Positions 38,925 to 48,407 of a stretch of 64,000 bases of DNA are shown in pieces. The position numbers and the translations under genes are program-made. The stretch is from Candidatus Latescibacterota bacterium. GTDB lineage: Bacteria; Latescibacterota; UBA2968. The stretch is taken from positions 1,888,001 to 1,952,000 of the forward strand of contig OZ242010.1 of assembly GCA_965204745.1 (NCBI GenBank), in the 5' to 3' direction. The notes beneath the pieces are model-generated. The model was not told where the DNA came from and searched no databases. It worked only from the letters and a program-made list of their open reading frames with translations. How positions within the stretch are numbered: position 1 is the stretch's first letter; every line of letters begins with the position of its first letter.

Positions 38925-39293
38925 TCAATCGTCCAGCGCGTGCGCGACGAGATCGTCCATATCGACAAATTCGAGCGTGGAAATGTGCGTCCCCGGCAAA
39001 AAGACGGGCGGGGCAACGCCTGCATCTCGGGCTTCGATCCAGCGTTGCACGCACAGGCACCAGCGGTCGCCGGGCTTGAGCCCTGGAAAGCGATATTCCG
39101 GCATCGGGGTGCTCAGGTCATTGCCCACGGACCGGGAGAAAGCCAAAAACTCCTCGGTCATTTCCGCGCAGAGGATGTGCAATCCCAGATCGCCCGGACC
39201 CGTGCGGCAACAGCCATCTCGAAAAAAACCCGTCATCGGTTCGGTACAACAATCGACGAGTTCTCCGCCAAAAACATTTCTTCCGCGGTTCAT
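38925..39293 (-). CDS. DUF2237 family protein
   Basis: NVFGGEL..C...PMTGFFRDGCC.TG..D.GLH, GNDLSTP and PGDRWCLC motifs. Confidence 0.88.
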   Translation of the reverse strand: MNRGRNVFGGELVDCCTEPMTGFFRDGCCRTGPGDLGLHILCAEMTEEFLAFSRSVGNDLSTPMPEYRFPGLKPGDRWCLCVQRWIEARDAGVAPPVFLPGTHISTLEFVDMDDLVAHALDD

Positions 39294-39385
39294 GGTTCAC
39301 TCCAGGTGAGAGGCAAGAGGTGAGAAGGAAGAGGGCCGCCCTGCCCAACCCCCTTCGGCAAGACGGGAGATACTCTCTTAAAAGG

Positions 39386-40393
39386 TCAAGGGGTTTTCGG
39401 GGTGATTCGATAGAATTTTTCGCCCTCAAAATCTTGGTCATGGCGCAACATGCCCCAGATCGAATGGAGCAACTTTCGCATCACCGCAACGATAGCCTGC
39501 AAAGGTTTCTTGCCGCGGGCGATGAGTTGGTCATAGAAGGCTTTGACATGGCCTTCGTGTCTGATGGCCACCCAGGCAGGCATATAGAGGGCATGGCGGA
39601 GGTACTTATTCCCGGTTTTCGAGATGCGTCTTTGTGGATTGGCGGTTCCGGATTGTTTGGGTTTGGGATCCAGGCCTGCATGTGCGACCCACTGGGGCGG
39701 TTGCATCTCCTCTGGCAAAAGGGTCAACTCGGCCAAGAGCCGCAAGGCACTCGTTTGCGCGATGCCAGGCGTCGAGCAGAGGCGTTGGTAGGCACGCTTG
39801 AGGGGCTCATCGTGCAAAACGAGATCGAGGGCTTGGCTTTCCAAGTATGCAATCCGGCGTTTGAAGTGTCGAATATTCACCTGAATATCGCGTGCGATGA
39901 GACGTGTGCTGCGGATGTGGTAGCTCTGCGCGTGGTTGCGGCTCTGTTCGCGGATGATCTCCTGCTTGAGTTGGTCAATGCGTCTGGTGAGGGCTTGCAG
40001 TTGAAGCCGTTGCTCGCTCGGCGCTTGCCAAGGCACAAAAGGCATGCGCTCGGCATAGTCGAGGATCAACAACGCATCCTTCGCATCCGTCTTCGCCCGT
40101 TGCATGCAGGCTTGGGCGTACTTGCTCATCGCTTTGGGATTGACGACCATGACCTTTGTGTGGCGATGCCGATGCAAGGCCAAGGCCACCCCCAAACTGT
40201 AAAGCCCGGTCGCTTCGAGGCACACAGAGACCATGTGCCCGCCCTTCGTGAGCCACTTCAGCAACCGCTTATGGGCTTGGGGATCATTGGCAAAGGTCGC
40301 TTGCATGACAGCTTGTCCGGGTCTGGACAGGGCAACGGACAACGTGCGGGCACTGACATCAATGCCGGCAAAAGCGGGGTGAGATTTCGACAT
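39386..40393 (-). CDS. IS110 DEDD recombinase/transposase
   Basis: GIDVS, EATG, KTDAKDA and AGLDP...QSG motifs. AGGAGG RBS before MSKSHP. Confidence 0.95.
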   Translation of the reverse strand: MSKSHPAFAGIDVSARTLSVALSRPGQAVMQATFANDPQAHKRLLKWLTKGGHMVSVCLEATGLYSLGVALALHRHRHTKVMVVNPKAMSKYAQACMQRAKTDAKDALLILDYAERMPFVPWQAPSEQRLQLQALTRRIDQLKQEIIREQSRNHAQSYHIRSTRLIARDIQVNIRHFKRRIAYLESQALDLVLHDEPLKRAYQRLCSTPGIAQTSALRLLAELTLLPEEMQPPQWVAHAGLDPKPKQSGTANPQRRISKTGNKYLRHALYMPAWVAIRHEGHVKAFYDQLIARGKKPLQAIVAVMRKLLHSIWGMLRHDQDFEGEKFYRITPKTP

Positions 40394-40404
40394 GGGGGCC
40401 TCCT

Positions 40405-40655
40405 GTGATGAGGGGGTTGTAAGGGATCTGGTGCGCGCTCGGGGTCGCGTCCCGACCATTGACGCCAAGTCTACCGGTCTTGTATATGCAGCCTCAAGGG
40501 GCTTAGATACTCTTCGGCATAGACCCGGCGGTCGGGGGGCCTATCTTACCTACAAGGTCATCGCCTTCAAGAGGGGCCGGCCTTCCCCGAGCCGGGCATC
40601 AAGATGGCTTATCTCGATACGAGGGCGCAACTCCTAATTAACCCTTACTTCCAAG
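40405..40655 (-). ncRNA. Predicted IS110 bridge RNA (copy 1)
   Basis: Non-coding end upstream of the transposase with two internal loops carrying target- and donor-matching segments. RNA boundaries are approximate. Confidence 0.75.
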
Positions 40656-40662
40656 ATACAAG

Positions 40663-40800
40663 AGGGGAGAGGCAAGAGGTGAGAAGGCCACCCAATAACC
40701 CCAAGTGAGAGGGGAGAGGCAAGACGGGAGAAGGCCACCCAACCAACCCCAAGTGAGAGGGGAGAGGCAAGAGGTGAGAAGGCCACCCGACCAACCCCAA
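40663..40800 (+). repeat. Three ~45-50-bp tandem units built from heptamers (GAGAGGGGAGAGGCAAGA...GAGAAGGCCACCC)
   Basis: Visible tandem units. Related units occur in reverse orientation at 59592-59745. Confidence 0.75.
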
Positions 40801-40867
40801 AACCCGACGTGCTTTATTGATGAATTGCTATCGCAGTTGTACACCGTTCCGCCGATTCGCCGTTCTG

Positions 40868-42214
40868 TTAATTTGCATAAGACACAGTGCCGGTTTCATC
40901 GACCGTATAGCCCCACTGGTCGATATACGCCGCGCCGGGTAGAAACGAGTCGTTTTGTGCGTCGAGGCGGCGTTGTAGCCAGGCGTCTAATTCGAGTCGC
41001 AACTTCGCGTAGTCGGGGTGGTCGATGAGATTGTTCAACTGGAAGGGATCGGCATCGTTGTCGTAGAGCAACCACGGGCCGTCCAATGAGCGAACGTACG
41101 TGTATTGCCCGGTGCGTAGGCCGCGGTATTCACGGCCTCCCTTTGCGCGTGTCCACTGCCCAAAGGGTTGCGGGCATTGCAACAGAGCCGCGCCATCAGA
41201 GGGCGTGTCGCCCCCGTTGAGATAGGCCGAATAATCCAAGCCCTCGACCGTGGCCGGGATGTCGATCCCGCACAGGCCCAACAGCGTGGGCATGATGTCC
41301 GGGATGTCGATGGGGGCGTCAATCTCGCGGCCCGATGCGCCGAATTGCGCGGGCCAGCGCAACAAGAACGGAATGCGAATGGACTCGTCCCAAGGCTGTT
41401 GCTTTTTCGCGCTGCCCTGCGAGCCGAGCATGTCGCCGTGATCCGAAAAAAAGAGCAAGATCGTGTTGTCCGCCATGCCCGCGTCGTCGAGGGTTTGGAG
41501 CAGGTCGCCCATGCAATCGTCGAGCGCGGTGCAATGGGCGTAGTATCCCGCGATCCATTGTCGGGCGTTTGCTTCGGATTGCGGGGGCACATTGGGGCGC
41601 AACGGCACGTCTTCTGCGCGATACATGGCGCGGTATTTTTCCGGCGCGGTTTCATAAGGCGCGTGCGGCGGCCCCCACGAGAGCGCGAGGAGGAAGGGGT
41701 TGTCCGCATTGCGATTTTGAATGTAGGCTTGCACGTCGCGCGTTTGTGCGATGGCGTCGTATCCCTCCCACAGGAGCTTTTCGTCCGAGTTATCGGCATA
41801 GTAAAAAGATCGGTTGTAATTGTGCGTGCATTCCAACACTTTCCAATAGTCAAAGCCCTGCCGGTTTTCAGGGGGAATGTAGTTGGATCGCCCATTTGCA
41901 TGGACGTGCCATTTGCCGACGTACGCAGTGTCGTAGCCCGCGTTTTTGAATGCATGGGCAAGGCTCATCGCCCTGTCGCTCAGGTGAACATCGTTGACAA
42001 AAACCCCGTGCGTGAGGGGGTATTGACCCGTGAGCAGAGACGCACGCGCCGGGCTACAGACCGAGCACCCGGAAACCGCGTGCGTGGCATTGATGCTTTG
42101 AGACGCGAGCCGGTCGATGTTGGGCGTTTGCACGCAGGTGTTGCCGGCATAACCAAATGCCTGTGCGCGCCACTGATCGCCGAAGATGAGGATGACATTG
42201 GGAGATTCGGGCAT
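40868..42214 (-). CDS. Sulfatase (Cys-type)
   Basis: PNVILIFGDQWR, CSPAR..LTG, GKWH and SDHGDMLGS motifs. Start MPESPN. Confidence 0.92.
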   Translation of the reverse strand: MPESPNVILIFGDQWRAQAFGYAGNTCVQTPNIDRLASQSINATHAVSGCSVCSPARASLLTGQYPLTHGVFVNDVHLSDRAMSLAHAFKNAGYDTAYVGKWHVHANGRSNYIPPENRQGFDYWKVLECTHNYNRSFYYADNSDEKLLWEGYDAIAQTRDVQAYIQNRNADNPFLLALSWGPPHAPYETAPEKYRAMYRAEDVPLRPNVPPQSEANARQWIAGYYAHCTALDDCMGDLLQTLDDAGMADNTILLFFSDHGDMLGSQGSAKKQQPWDESIRIPFLLRWPAQFGASGREIDAPIDIPDIMPTLLGLCGIDIPATVEGLDYSAYLNGGDTPSDGAALLQCPQPFGQWTRAKGGREYRGLRTGQYTYVRSLDGPWLLYDNDADPFQLNNLIDHPDYAKLRLELDAWLQRRLDAQNDSFLPGAAYIDQWGYTVDETGTVSYAN

Positions 42215-42538
42215 GGAAATTCCTTTGGTTTGAGAGGTGATCCCGCATAAAACCGCGCCTATATTATGGTCGAGCAAGCCCCTTGTCAATATGTCTGACG
42301 AAGGGAATCTGTGATGCGGTTAGATTCTGGCAGACGAATAGTCAGTAGTCAGTGGTCAGTGGTCAGTGGTCAGGTGCGATTTGATGCAGACAGACGAATA
42401 GTAGGTCCAAAAAAATTAAACCAGCCTCGCAGAAATCGGGACTTGCCCCACGCCTGTGATTTTGCTTAATTTAGCAAACCCAAGTTCTCGTCGATAAAGA
42501 CAGGGACAACCGCGCCATTTTGCGATGAGGGAAAAAAC

Positions 42539-43242
42539 ATGAATGCTATCTGGATTCAAAAGAAAATTCAACTTGGGAATCGCGCCAAGTTTGTTCTGAA
42601 GGTGCCCTTGCATGTGACCGCCGAGGCTTTGACCTCCCAAACATTCTCCTTGCCCGTTTATGCTCGGTATCGCACCCGTGTAGAAGTCAAAAAAAACCCC
42701 GGTCGAAAATCTCTCGATTCGGCTCTATTCCGAAGATGAGTTTAACGCGCCAGACAGGTGACAGAGGCGGATGTGGAACAAGTCAAAAACGAACTCATAC
42801 GCGGGGTCAACGCGCTGGCGTTAGATAAATTTGACAACCTCATCAATTCGGGAGACACTTCAGAAGATGCCATCTCAGATGAAGACGCGCTAAAAATCCT
42901 GAAAACGATTGCCGACAACAGCGGAACGGGCCCCTGTCATCGCGATAGAATGGATGGCGAAATATCGGTTGATACCATTTTGGACGATCTCGTAAAGCGG
43001 GATGTCGTCGAATGTGATCGGGGGCAGTATTATCGCATTCGGGTCGGCCTTTTCAATGAGTGGCTCATCGTCAACGGATGAAAGGAAAACGAAATGAATG
43101 ATGCGTTTGAAAACCCATTGGCCCACAACCGCGACGAGTCCCTCCGCGAATACGAACGTCAAATTGCCGAGGGGTATTGCAACGAGATTTTGAACAAACT
43201 CGATGTCGGCGACAGTGACATTCGAAAACAGTCACCAAAATG
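42539..43242 (+). pseudogene. Fragmented gene remnants; 42758-43081 resembles the C-terminal winged-helix end of an ATP-binding protein
   Basis: Short protein-like pieces (..ILDDLVKRDVVE....YRIRVGLFNEWL) without an N-terminal domain or RBS. Confidence 0.4.
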
Positions 43243-43252
43243 AGGAACTCCC

Positions 43253-44362
43253 ATGCTGACGAGTTTTACCGTAACAAATTTTCGCAATCTCGAGTCGGTC
43301 ACATTGGAACGCCTCGGGCGAATGACGCTGATCGGCGGAAAAAATGGGGTGGGCAAAACGGCTCTTCTCGAAGCACTCTGGTTGCTCGCGGGTTCAGATC
43401 TTCCGGAATTGAGTGGGCGAATAAATTCATTCAGGGGGCTTCCAACACTTGGGCCTGAAACGATTTTTCAAGACATCTTTCGCAACTTCGATACGCGGAC
43501 GCACATCAAAATGAGTGCATCGGGAGATTGGGGAAGCCATCCGCGAAAATTGGAGATCTATTTACAGAAACGCCAACAGGTCGATACCATCCGTTCAGAT
43601 GCTTTGGAAAGGGCGAGCATAGAACGGTTGACGCGCCCCCTAACCGAAGGCGAGTTTGAACTCGTGTTTCGATACCAGCATGGCAGTGATGACGCCTACA
43701 CATCCCGAGCATGGTGGGTTGCAGAGCAGATGCCGGTTGGCCCTGTCACCGCGTTGACGAATGAGGGTATCCGCCAAGAGCGACAATCCGTCCACAACAG
43801 GACCAATTCGGTATTCATGCCAGCGGTTCTCCGAGACAGCCTCCAAGCCATTGCATTGAGGTTTGGCAAATTTCAGTTGGAGAGAAAGGATGCCGAAATT
43901 CTGAGGTTCTTGTGTCTTTTGGAACCGCGCTTGACGGGATTGACCCTTATCGCGATCAACAATATACCCGTCATCCACGCGTACCTAGACGGCATGAGCA
44001 GGCCCATCCCCGTCCAGTTGCTCGGTGAAGGTTTGAACCGGATGCTCGGACTCGTGTTGTCTATGAGCGAGGCGAGTGGCGGATTGCTCTTGATAGATGA
44101 GATCGAAAACGGCTTGCATCACACCGTACAAGAAAAAGTGTTTTCCATCCTGCTGGACATGGCCGGATCATTTGATGTGCAGATATTCGCCACGACGCAC
44201 AGCGACGAGTGTATCAGGGCAGCGCACCGGGGGCTCGCAAAACAGGGGCAGCAAGCGTTGGCATTCTACCGCCTTGATCGCGTTAAAGAATCGGTCAAGG
44301 CGGTGGGCTTTGACAGCGAGCGGATCGAAACGGCCATCAAATACAACATGGAGATCAGGTAA
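43253..44362 (+). CDS. ABC-type ATPase (AAA_15/AAA_21, AbiEii/OLD-like)
   Basis: NFRN, Walker A GKNGVGKT, LGEG signature, LLIDEIENGLH and TTHS motifs. Confidence 0.9.
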   Translation: MLTSFTVTNFRNLESVTLERLGRMTLIGGKNGVGKTALLEALWLLAGSDLPELSGRINSFRGLPTLGPETIFQDIFRNFDTRTHIKMSASGDWGSHPRKLEIYLQKRQQVDTIRSDALERASIERLTRPLTEGEFELVFRYQHGSDDAYTSRAWWVAEQMPVGPVTALTNEGIRQERQSVHNRTNSVFMPAVLRDSLQAIALRFGKFQLERKDAEILRFLCLLEPRLTGLTLIAINNIPVIHAYLDGMSRPIPVQLLGEGLNRMLGLVLSMSEASGGLLLIDEIENGLHHTVQEKVFSILLDMAGSFDVQIFATTHSDECIRAAHRGLAKQGQQALAFYRLDRVKESVKAVGFDSERIETAIKYNMEIR

Positions 44363-44512
44363 GACGTAAGACGTAAGACGTAAGACGTAAGACGTAAGAC
44401 GTAAGACGTAAGACGTAAGACGTAAGACGTAAGACGTAAGACGTAAGACGTAAGACGTAAGACGTAAGACGTAAGACGTAAGACGTGAGACGTGAGACGT
44501 GAGACGTGAGAA
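44359..44512 (+). repeat. (GTAAGAC)18(GTGAGAC)3 heptamer tract
   Basis: Perfect tandem 7-mers starting at the ATPase stop codon. Confidence 0.97.
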
Positions 44513-44547
44513 GGCAACCCATCAAATACAATATGGAGATCGGATAA

Positions 44548-45165
44548 GTGCCCGACCACCTGAAGATCGAACAACCGAAACAGGTCATCGTTGAGGGCAA
44601 CGACGACGTTCGGGTATTTGGCGCGCTAGCCAAGCATCTGAATATCCGAGATGTGCAAATACACGGTTATGGCGGAATCGACAACTTGCGGAGATTTCTC
44701 GATACCTTCCGGAATTTGCCCGAATTTGGTCGCGTTCAATCTCTTGCAGTCGTGGCGGATGCAAACTCGGATAGGGACAAAAGAGAACGCCGGATTTGCA
44801 ACGCATTGTCAGATATGGCATTGCCAACCCCATCTCATCCGCTTGAAATCGCTTCAAATGGCGAGTTGCAAGTCGCCTATTTGGTTATTCCACATAACGC
44901 AACGGGCACGATGAGCGAGGATGTGTGCCTCAACTCGGTAAGCGCTGACCCCGCAATGGAATGTGTGGGTCGGTATTTTGAATGCCTTAGCCAGACCGAG
45001 ATCGAGGGGCCAAAAAAAGTATGGATGTCAAAGGCGCGATTACACGCATTCCTCGCGTCGAGAGACCGTCCTGGCCTCCGCTTGGGCGAGGCCGCAGAAA
45101 GCGGGATATGGCCGTTGGAAACCGATGCGTTCCGGCCATTGCTGGAACTGATCAGAATGCTGTGA
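44548..45165 (+). CDS. DUF3226-like / TOPRIM-fold partner of the ATPase
   Basis: IVEGNDD, GG and VVADA motifs, G.(S)ED and KARLHAFLA. GTG start after GGAG. Confidence 0.75.
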   Translation: MPDHLKIEQPKQVIVEGNDDVRVFGALAKHLNIRDVQIHGYGGIDNLRRFLDTFRNLPEFGRVQSLAVVADANSDRDKRERRICNALSDMALPTPSHPLEIASNGELQVAYLVIPHNATGTMSEDVCLNSVSADPAMECVGRYFECLSQTEIEGPKKVWMSKARLHAFLASRDRPGLRLGEAAESGIWPLETDAFRPLLELIRML

Positions 45166-45208
45166 ATAAATCGATTCAAACAAACACCACCTCAACTTGG
45201 AGTGTGAC

Positions 45209-45655
45209 ATGGCGATTACGCAACTCGAACCGAGAGAAGCGAAGGCCGCGATAGATGAAGCGGAAAATGCGGTTTATTTGGATGTGCGTACGGAAATGGA
45301 ATTTGCACAGGGGCATCCCCAAGGCGCGATCAACATTCCGGTTGCCGTGCCCGGGGCCGCGGGCCTGATGCCGAATCCCGATTTTTTGACCGTCGTCCAA
45401 GACGTGTTGCCGGACAAAGACCAACCCGTGTTTTGCGGCTGTCAGGTCGGAATGCGCTCCCAGATGGCCGCGGAATTGATGGCGCGAGCCGGGTATTCCA
45501 AGCTGGTCAATGTGCAGGGCGGCTTTGGCGGCAAAGTCGAAAATGGCGTCCTCGTGGTCGCGGGATGGCGCGATTCCAATTTGCCGGTGGAAACAGAGGT
45601 CAACGACGCCAATTCCTACGCGAGCCTCAAAGCGCGGAGAGCGAAAAGCGAATAG
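45209..45655 (+). CDS. Rhodanese-like domain protein
   Basis: YLDVRTEMEFAQGHPQGAINIP and CQVGMRS motifs. Confidence 0.9.
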   Translation: MAITQLEPREAKAAIDEAENAVYLDVRTEMEFAQGHPQGAINIPVAVPGAAGLMPNPDFLTVVQDVLPDKDQPVFCGCQVGMRSQMAAELMARAGYSKLVNVQGGFGGKVENGVLVVAGWRDSNLPVETEVNDANSYASLKARRAKSE

Positions 45656-45765
45656 ATGAATAGATGCACCGGCGTAGCCCAATCCCTCAGTGTTGAGTCC
45701 CCATCTCGTCATCCGTAGGGATAGGCGCCCGTGCCTGTCCGAAGCCGATTCGCCAAGGTGGTTGA

Positions 45766-46794
45766 ATGTCAAGAATGAACGACATCCGCGCACGCGAAGC
45801 ATTTGTCGCCGCGGCGAATTTGCAGGTTGGCAGTCGGGTATTGGACCTCGGCTGGGAGGGCGAATGTCTCGGGCGTTTGCAGGGCATAGACATACAGGTG
45901 ACGTTTGTGGCAGAGGACATCCGCGCAGTGCAACCGGGCAACGGGGTGTTGAGCACGACGCCATCGCAGGTCGTTTCCAATGTCCAGGTCGCCTTTTACA
46001 AACCCGCGCAAAAAGCCGCCAAGGGTCAAGTGTTTGAGTGGATCGACGAGAGTTTCAACGCCCTCGAACTCGGCGGCGCGTTCTATTTGGCGGGGCAGCG
46101 CAATCGCGGGGTGCGGAGTTATGCCAAGTATCTAACAGCGGTTTTTGGCAACGGCAAACGCCTCGGGCGCGTGGGCAGGGTGGAAATGTACAGCGCGAAA
46201 AAAGAACGGCCCGACCCCTTGCGAGCACCGGTGGACACGCGCATCTCATTTGCATTGTGCGGGTTGCCGCAGGGCCGCTATGAGATCGAAACCCGTGCGG
46301 GCGTTTTCTCTCGGGATGGACTCGATCCCGGTACCGAATTGTTGATCGCCTGCATGGCGGTTCGGCCCACAGATAGCGTATTGGACTGGGGATGTGGCTG
46401 GGGCGCGTTGGGCATGGTGGCAGCGCGGTTGGCGAGCCGCGGCCGCGCAACGCTCGTCGATTCGAGTCTTCGCGCCATCGCTTGCGCGAAAAACAATTTG
46501 ACGCGCAACCGGATTCGCAACGCGGTCGCCCGAGTGCAAGACGCATGTGTTTATGCCAAAACTGAAAAATACGATCTGATCGTTTCAAACCCGCCCCTGC
46601 ACGATGGCAATGCCGCGGCGCATCCCCTCATCGAAGGCGCGTATCGCGCCCTGCGACCGGGCGGCCGGTTGATGCTCGTCGTGATGCGTGTGGAACCGTA
46701 TTTGAAACACATCCGCAAGGTCTTTGGGCAAGGGGAAATCGCAGTGCAAAAAGACGGGTATGCCGTTCTCGTGGCCCGGGTTGGGAACCCATAG
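45766..46794 (+). CDS. RsmC-like class I SAM-dependent methyltransferase
   Basis: GVFS.DGLD.GT.LL, LDWGCGWG and IVSNPP motifs, with a degenerate N-terminal methyltransferase-like domain. Confidence 0.8.
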   Translation: MSRMNDIRAREAFVAAANLQVGSRVLDLGWEGECLGRLQGIDIQVTFVAEDIRAVQPGNGVLSTTPSQVVSNVQVAFYKPAQKAAKGQVFEWIDESFNALELGGAFYLAGQRNRGVRSYAKYLTAVFGNGKRLGRVGRVEMYSAKKERPDPLRAPVDTRISFALCGLPQGRYEIETRAGVFSRDGLDPGTELLIACMAVRPTDSVLDWGCGWGALGMVAARLASRGRATLVDSSLRAIACAKNNLTRNRIRNAVARVQDACVYAKTEKYDLIVSNPPLHDGNAAAHPLIEGAYRALRPGGRLMLVVMRVEPYLKHIRKVFGQGEIAVQKDGYAVLVARVGNP

Positions 46795-46964
46795 ATGCCT
46801 CAAGCGTTTATGGCGATGAAGGACGAGGTCTGATAGTCGGTCGCGGGTTTCCGCATGGGTCCTGTCTGGGTTCCCTCCCGCCAGATTGGGATGCTTCGCG
46901 GAAGCCCGCTTTTTTGTGGTTGACACATCCATTTTCAAAGCGTTAATTCCCATCGGCAAAAGGC

Positions 46965-46993
46965 TTGACAGCCCGGAACGTCGGTTGTATCGT
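46965..46993 (+). promoter_or_regulatory. Sigma70-type promoter for the molybdenum hydroxylase operon
   Basis: TTGACA, 17 bp spacer, TATCGT. AGGAGG RBS before the TTG start at 47038. Confidence 0.6.
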
Positions 46994-47037
46994 TAGCCGA
47001 TTTGTTCAAATAATTCACTACATAAGGAGGAGACGAA

Positions 47038-47913
47038 TTGAACGCATTTGACTATGCTGCCCCAAGGTCTGTCGATGAGGCCATTTCCCTGTTGTCTGCG
47101 GGCAATGGCAATGTCGGCATTCTAGCAGGTGGCACCGACTTGATCGCGCAGTTGAAGGAGAACCGTCGCAAGATCGACTTGTTGCTCGATCTCAAGCGGA
47201 TTCCCGAAGCAACGGCGTTGACGTTTAACGAGGCGGGTTTGCACATTGGCGCGGCGACGCCCTGTGCCAAAATTTACACGTCCGATGTGGTCGAGCGCCT
47301 GTATCCCGCGCTCGTGGATTGCACCGAGCTCATCGGTTCGATTCAGATTCAAAACCGCGGCTCGATGGGCGGCAACTTTTGCAATGCGTCGCCCGCGGCA
47401 GACACCCCGCCATCTGTGATCGTGCAAGGGGGCGCGTGTCGCATCGTTGGCCCCAGTGGTGAGCGCGAAGTCGCCGCAGAGGATTTCTTCGTAGGCCCCG
47501 GGCAAAATGCCCTGCGAGCCGGCGAGTTGCTCATCGCCATTCGCATTCCAACCCCGGCTGCCAATTCCGGGGCGTTCTTCCTGCGCTTTATCCCGCGCAA
47601 TGAAATGGACATCGCCGTCGCCAATGCCGCGGCGGCTGTGGTGTTGGACGAGGACAAAGCGACCATCCAATCCGCGCGCGTCTCTATCGGCGCGGTCGCG
47701 CCAACGCCCCTGCTCGTCGCAGGCGCGGGGGACGCACTCGCGGGCAAAGCCACAGATGACGAAGATGCGATCCATGCCGCCTGCGAGGCAGCGCGTGCAG
47801 CGGCCAACCCCATCAGCGATATGCGGGGCACCATCGAACAGCGGGTTCACCTGAGCGGGGTTTTGACGGGCCGCGCCATTCGGGGAGCCATTCAAAGAGC
47901 AAAGGAGTCTTAA
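47038..47913 (+). CDS. Xanthine dehydrogenase/CoxM-family FAD-binding subunit
   Basis: LAGGTDL and QIQNRGSMGGNFCNASPAAD motifs. Confidence 0.92.
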   Translation: MNAFDYAAPRSVDEAISLLSAGNGNVGILAGGTDLIAQLKENRRKIDLLLDLKRIPEATALTFNEAGLHIGAATPCAKIYTSDVVERLYPALVDCTELIGSIQIQNRGSMGGNFCNASPAADTPPSVIVQGGACRIVGPSGEREVAAEDFFVGPGQNALRAGELLIAIRIPTPAANSGAFFLRFIPRNEMDIAVANAAAAVVLDEDKATIQSARVSIGAVAPTPLLVAGAGDALAGKATDDEDAIHAACEAARAAANPISDMRGTIEQRVHLSGVLTGRAIRGAIQRAKES

Positions 47914-47917
47914 GCAC

Positions 47918-48394
47918 ATGGCAGGCAAAGTTCACGTTACGACGACGATCAACGGGGAATCGGTCGAATTTTTGTGCGAACCTCGGCAAACGATTCTCGA
48001 AGTTTTGCGGGATCAACTCGATCTCACGGGCACAAAAGAAGGGTGTAGCAATGGCAACTGCGGCGCGTGCAGCATTCTGGTCAATGGGCAGGTCATCGAC
48101 TCGTGCTTGATGATGGCCGTGGAAGCCGAAGGCGAGGAACTCACCACCATCGAAGGCATTGCCAGCGCAGACGGGTTGCACCCCATCCAGCAAAAATTTC
48201 TCGAACACGCGGCCCTTCAGTGCGGCATTTGCACGCCGGGCTTCATCATCGCGGCCAAGGCCCTGCTCGACGACGAGCCAACGCCTTCGGAAGAACGCAT
48301 TCGCCTGTACTTGGCCGGCAACCTGTGCCGCTGCACGGGTTACGACAAAATCGTTCGCGCAGTGCAAGACGTTGCATCTGCCATGGCCGAATAA
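47918..48394 (+). CDS. CoxS-family 2Fe-2S subunit
   Basis: GCSNGNCGAC, QCGICTPG and NLCRCTGY motifs. Confidence 0.95.
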   Translation: MAGKVHVTTTINGESVEFLCEPRQTILEVLRDQLDLTGTKEGCSNGNCGACSILVNGQVIDSCLMMAVEAEGEELTTIEGIASADGLHPIQQKFLEHAALQCGICTPGFIIAAKALLDDEPTPSEERIRLYLAGNLCRCTGYDKIVRAVQDVASAMAE

Positions 48395-48407
48395 GGGAGT
48401 AGCTCAA

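Larger units (their letters stand above)
39370..40662 (-). mobile_element. IS110 family (IS621-type) element, copy 1, 1293 bp
   Basis: Near-identical to 54499-55791. No TIR or TSD. CT core (AG on the + strand) at both junctions. Confidence 0.93.

Noticed and set aside
39320-40408. 362-aa plus-strand ORF over the IS110 (also 54449-55537)
   Set aside because: Antisense shadow of the transposase. Its start lies in flanking DNA that differs between copies.
40663-40800. Mini CRISPR array (also 59592-59745)
   Set aside because: Units are heptamer-built tandem repeats without unique spacers.
44266-44633. ORFs with LTSYVLR repeats
   Set aside because: Translation of the heptamer tract on its stop-free strand.
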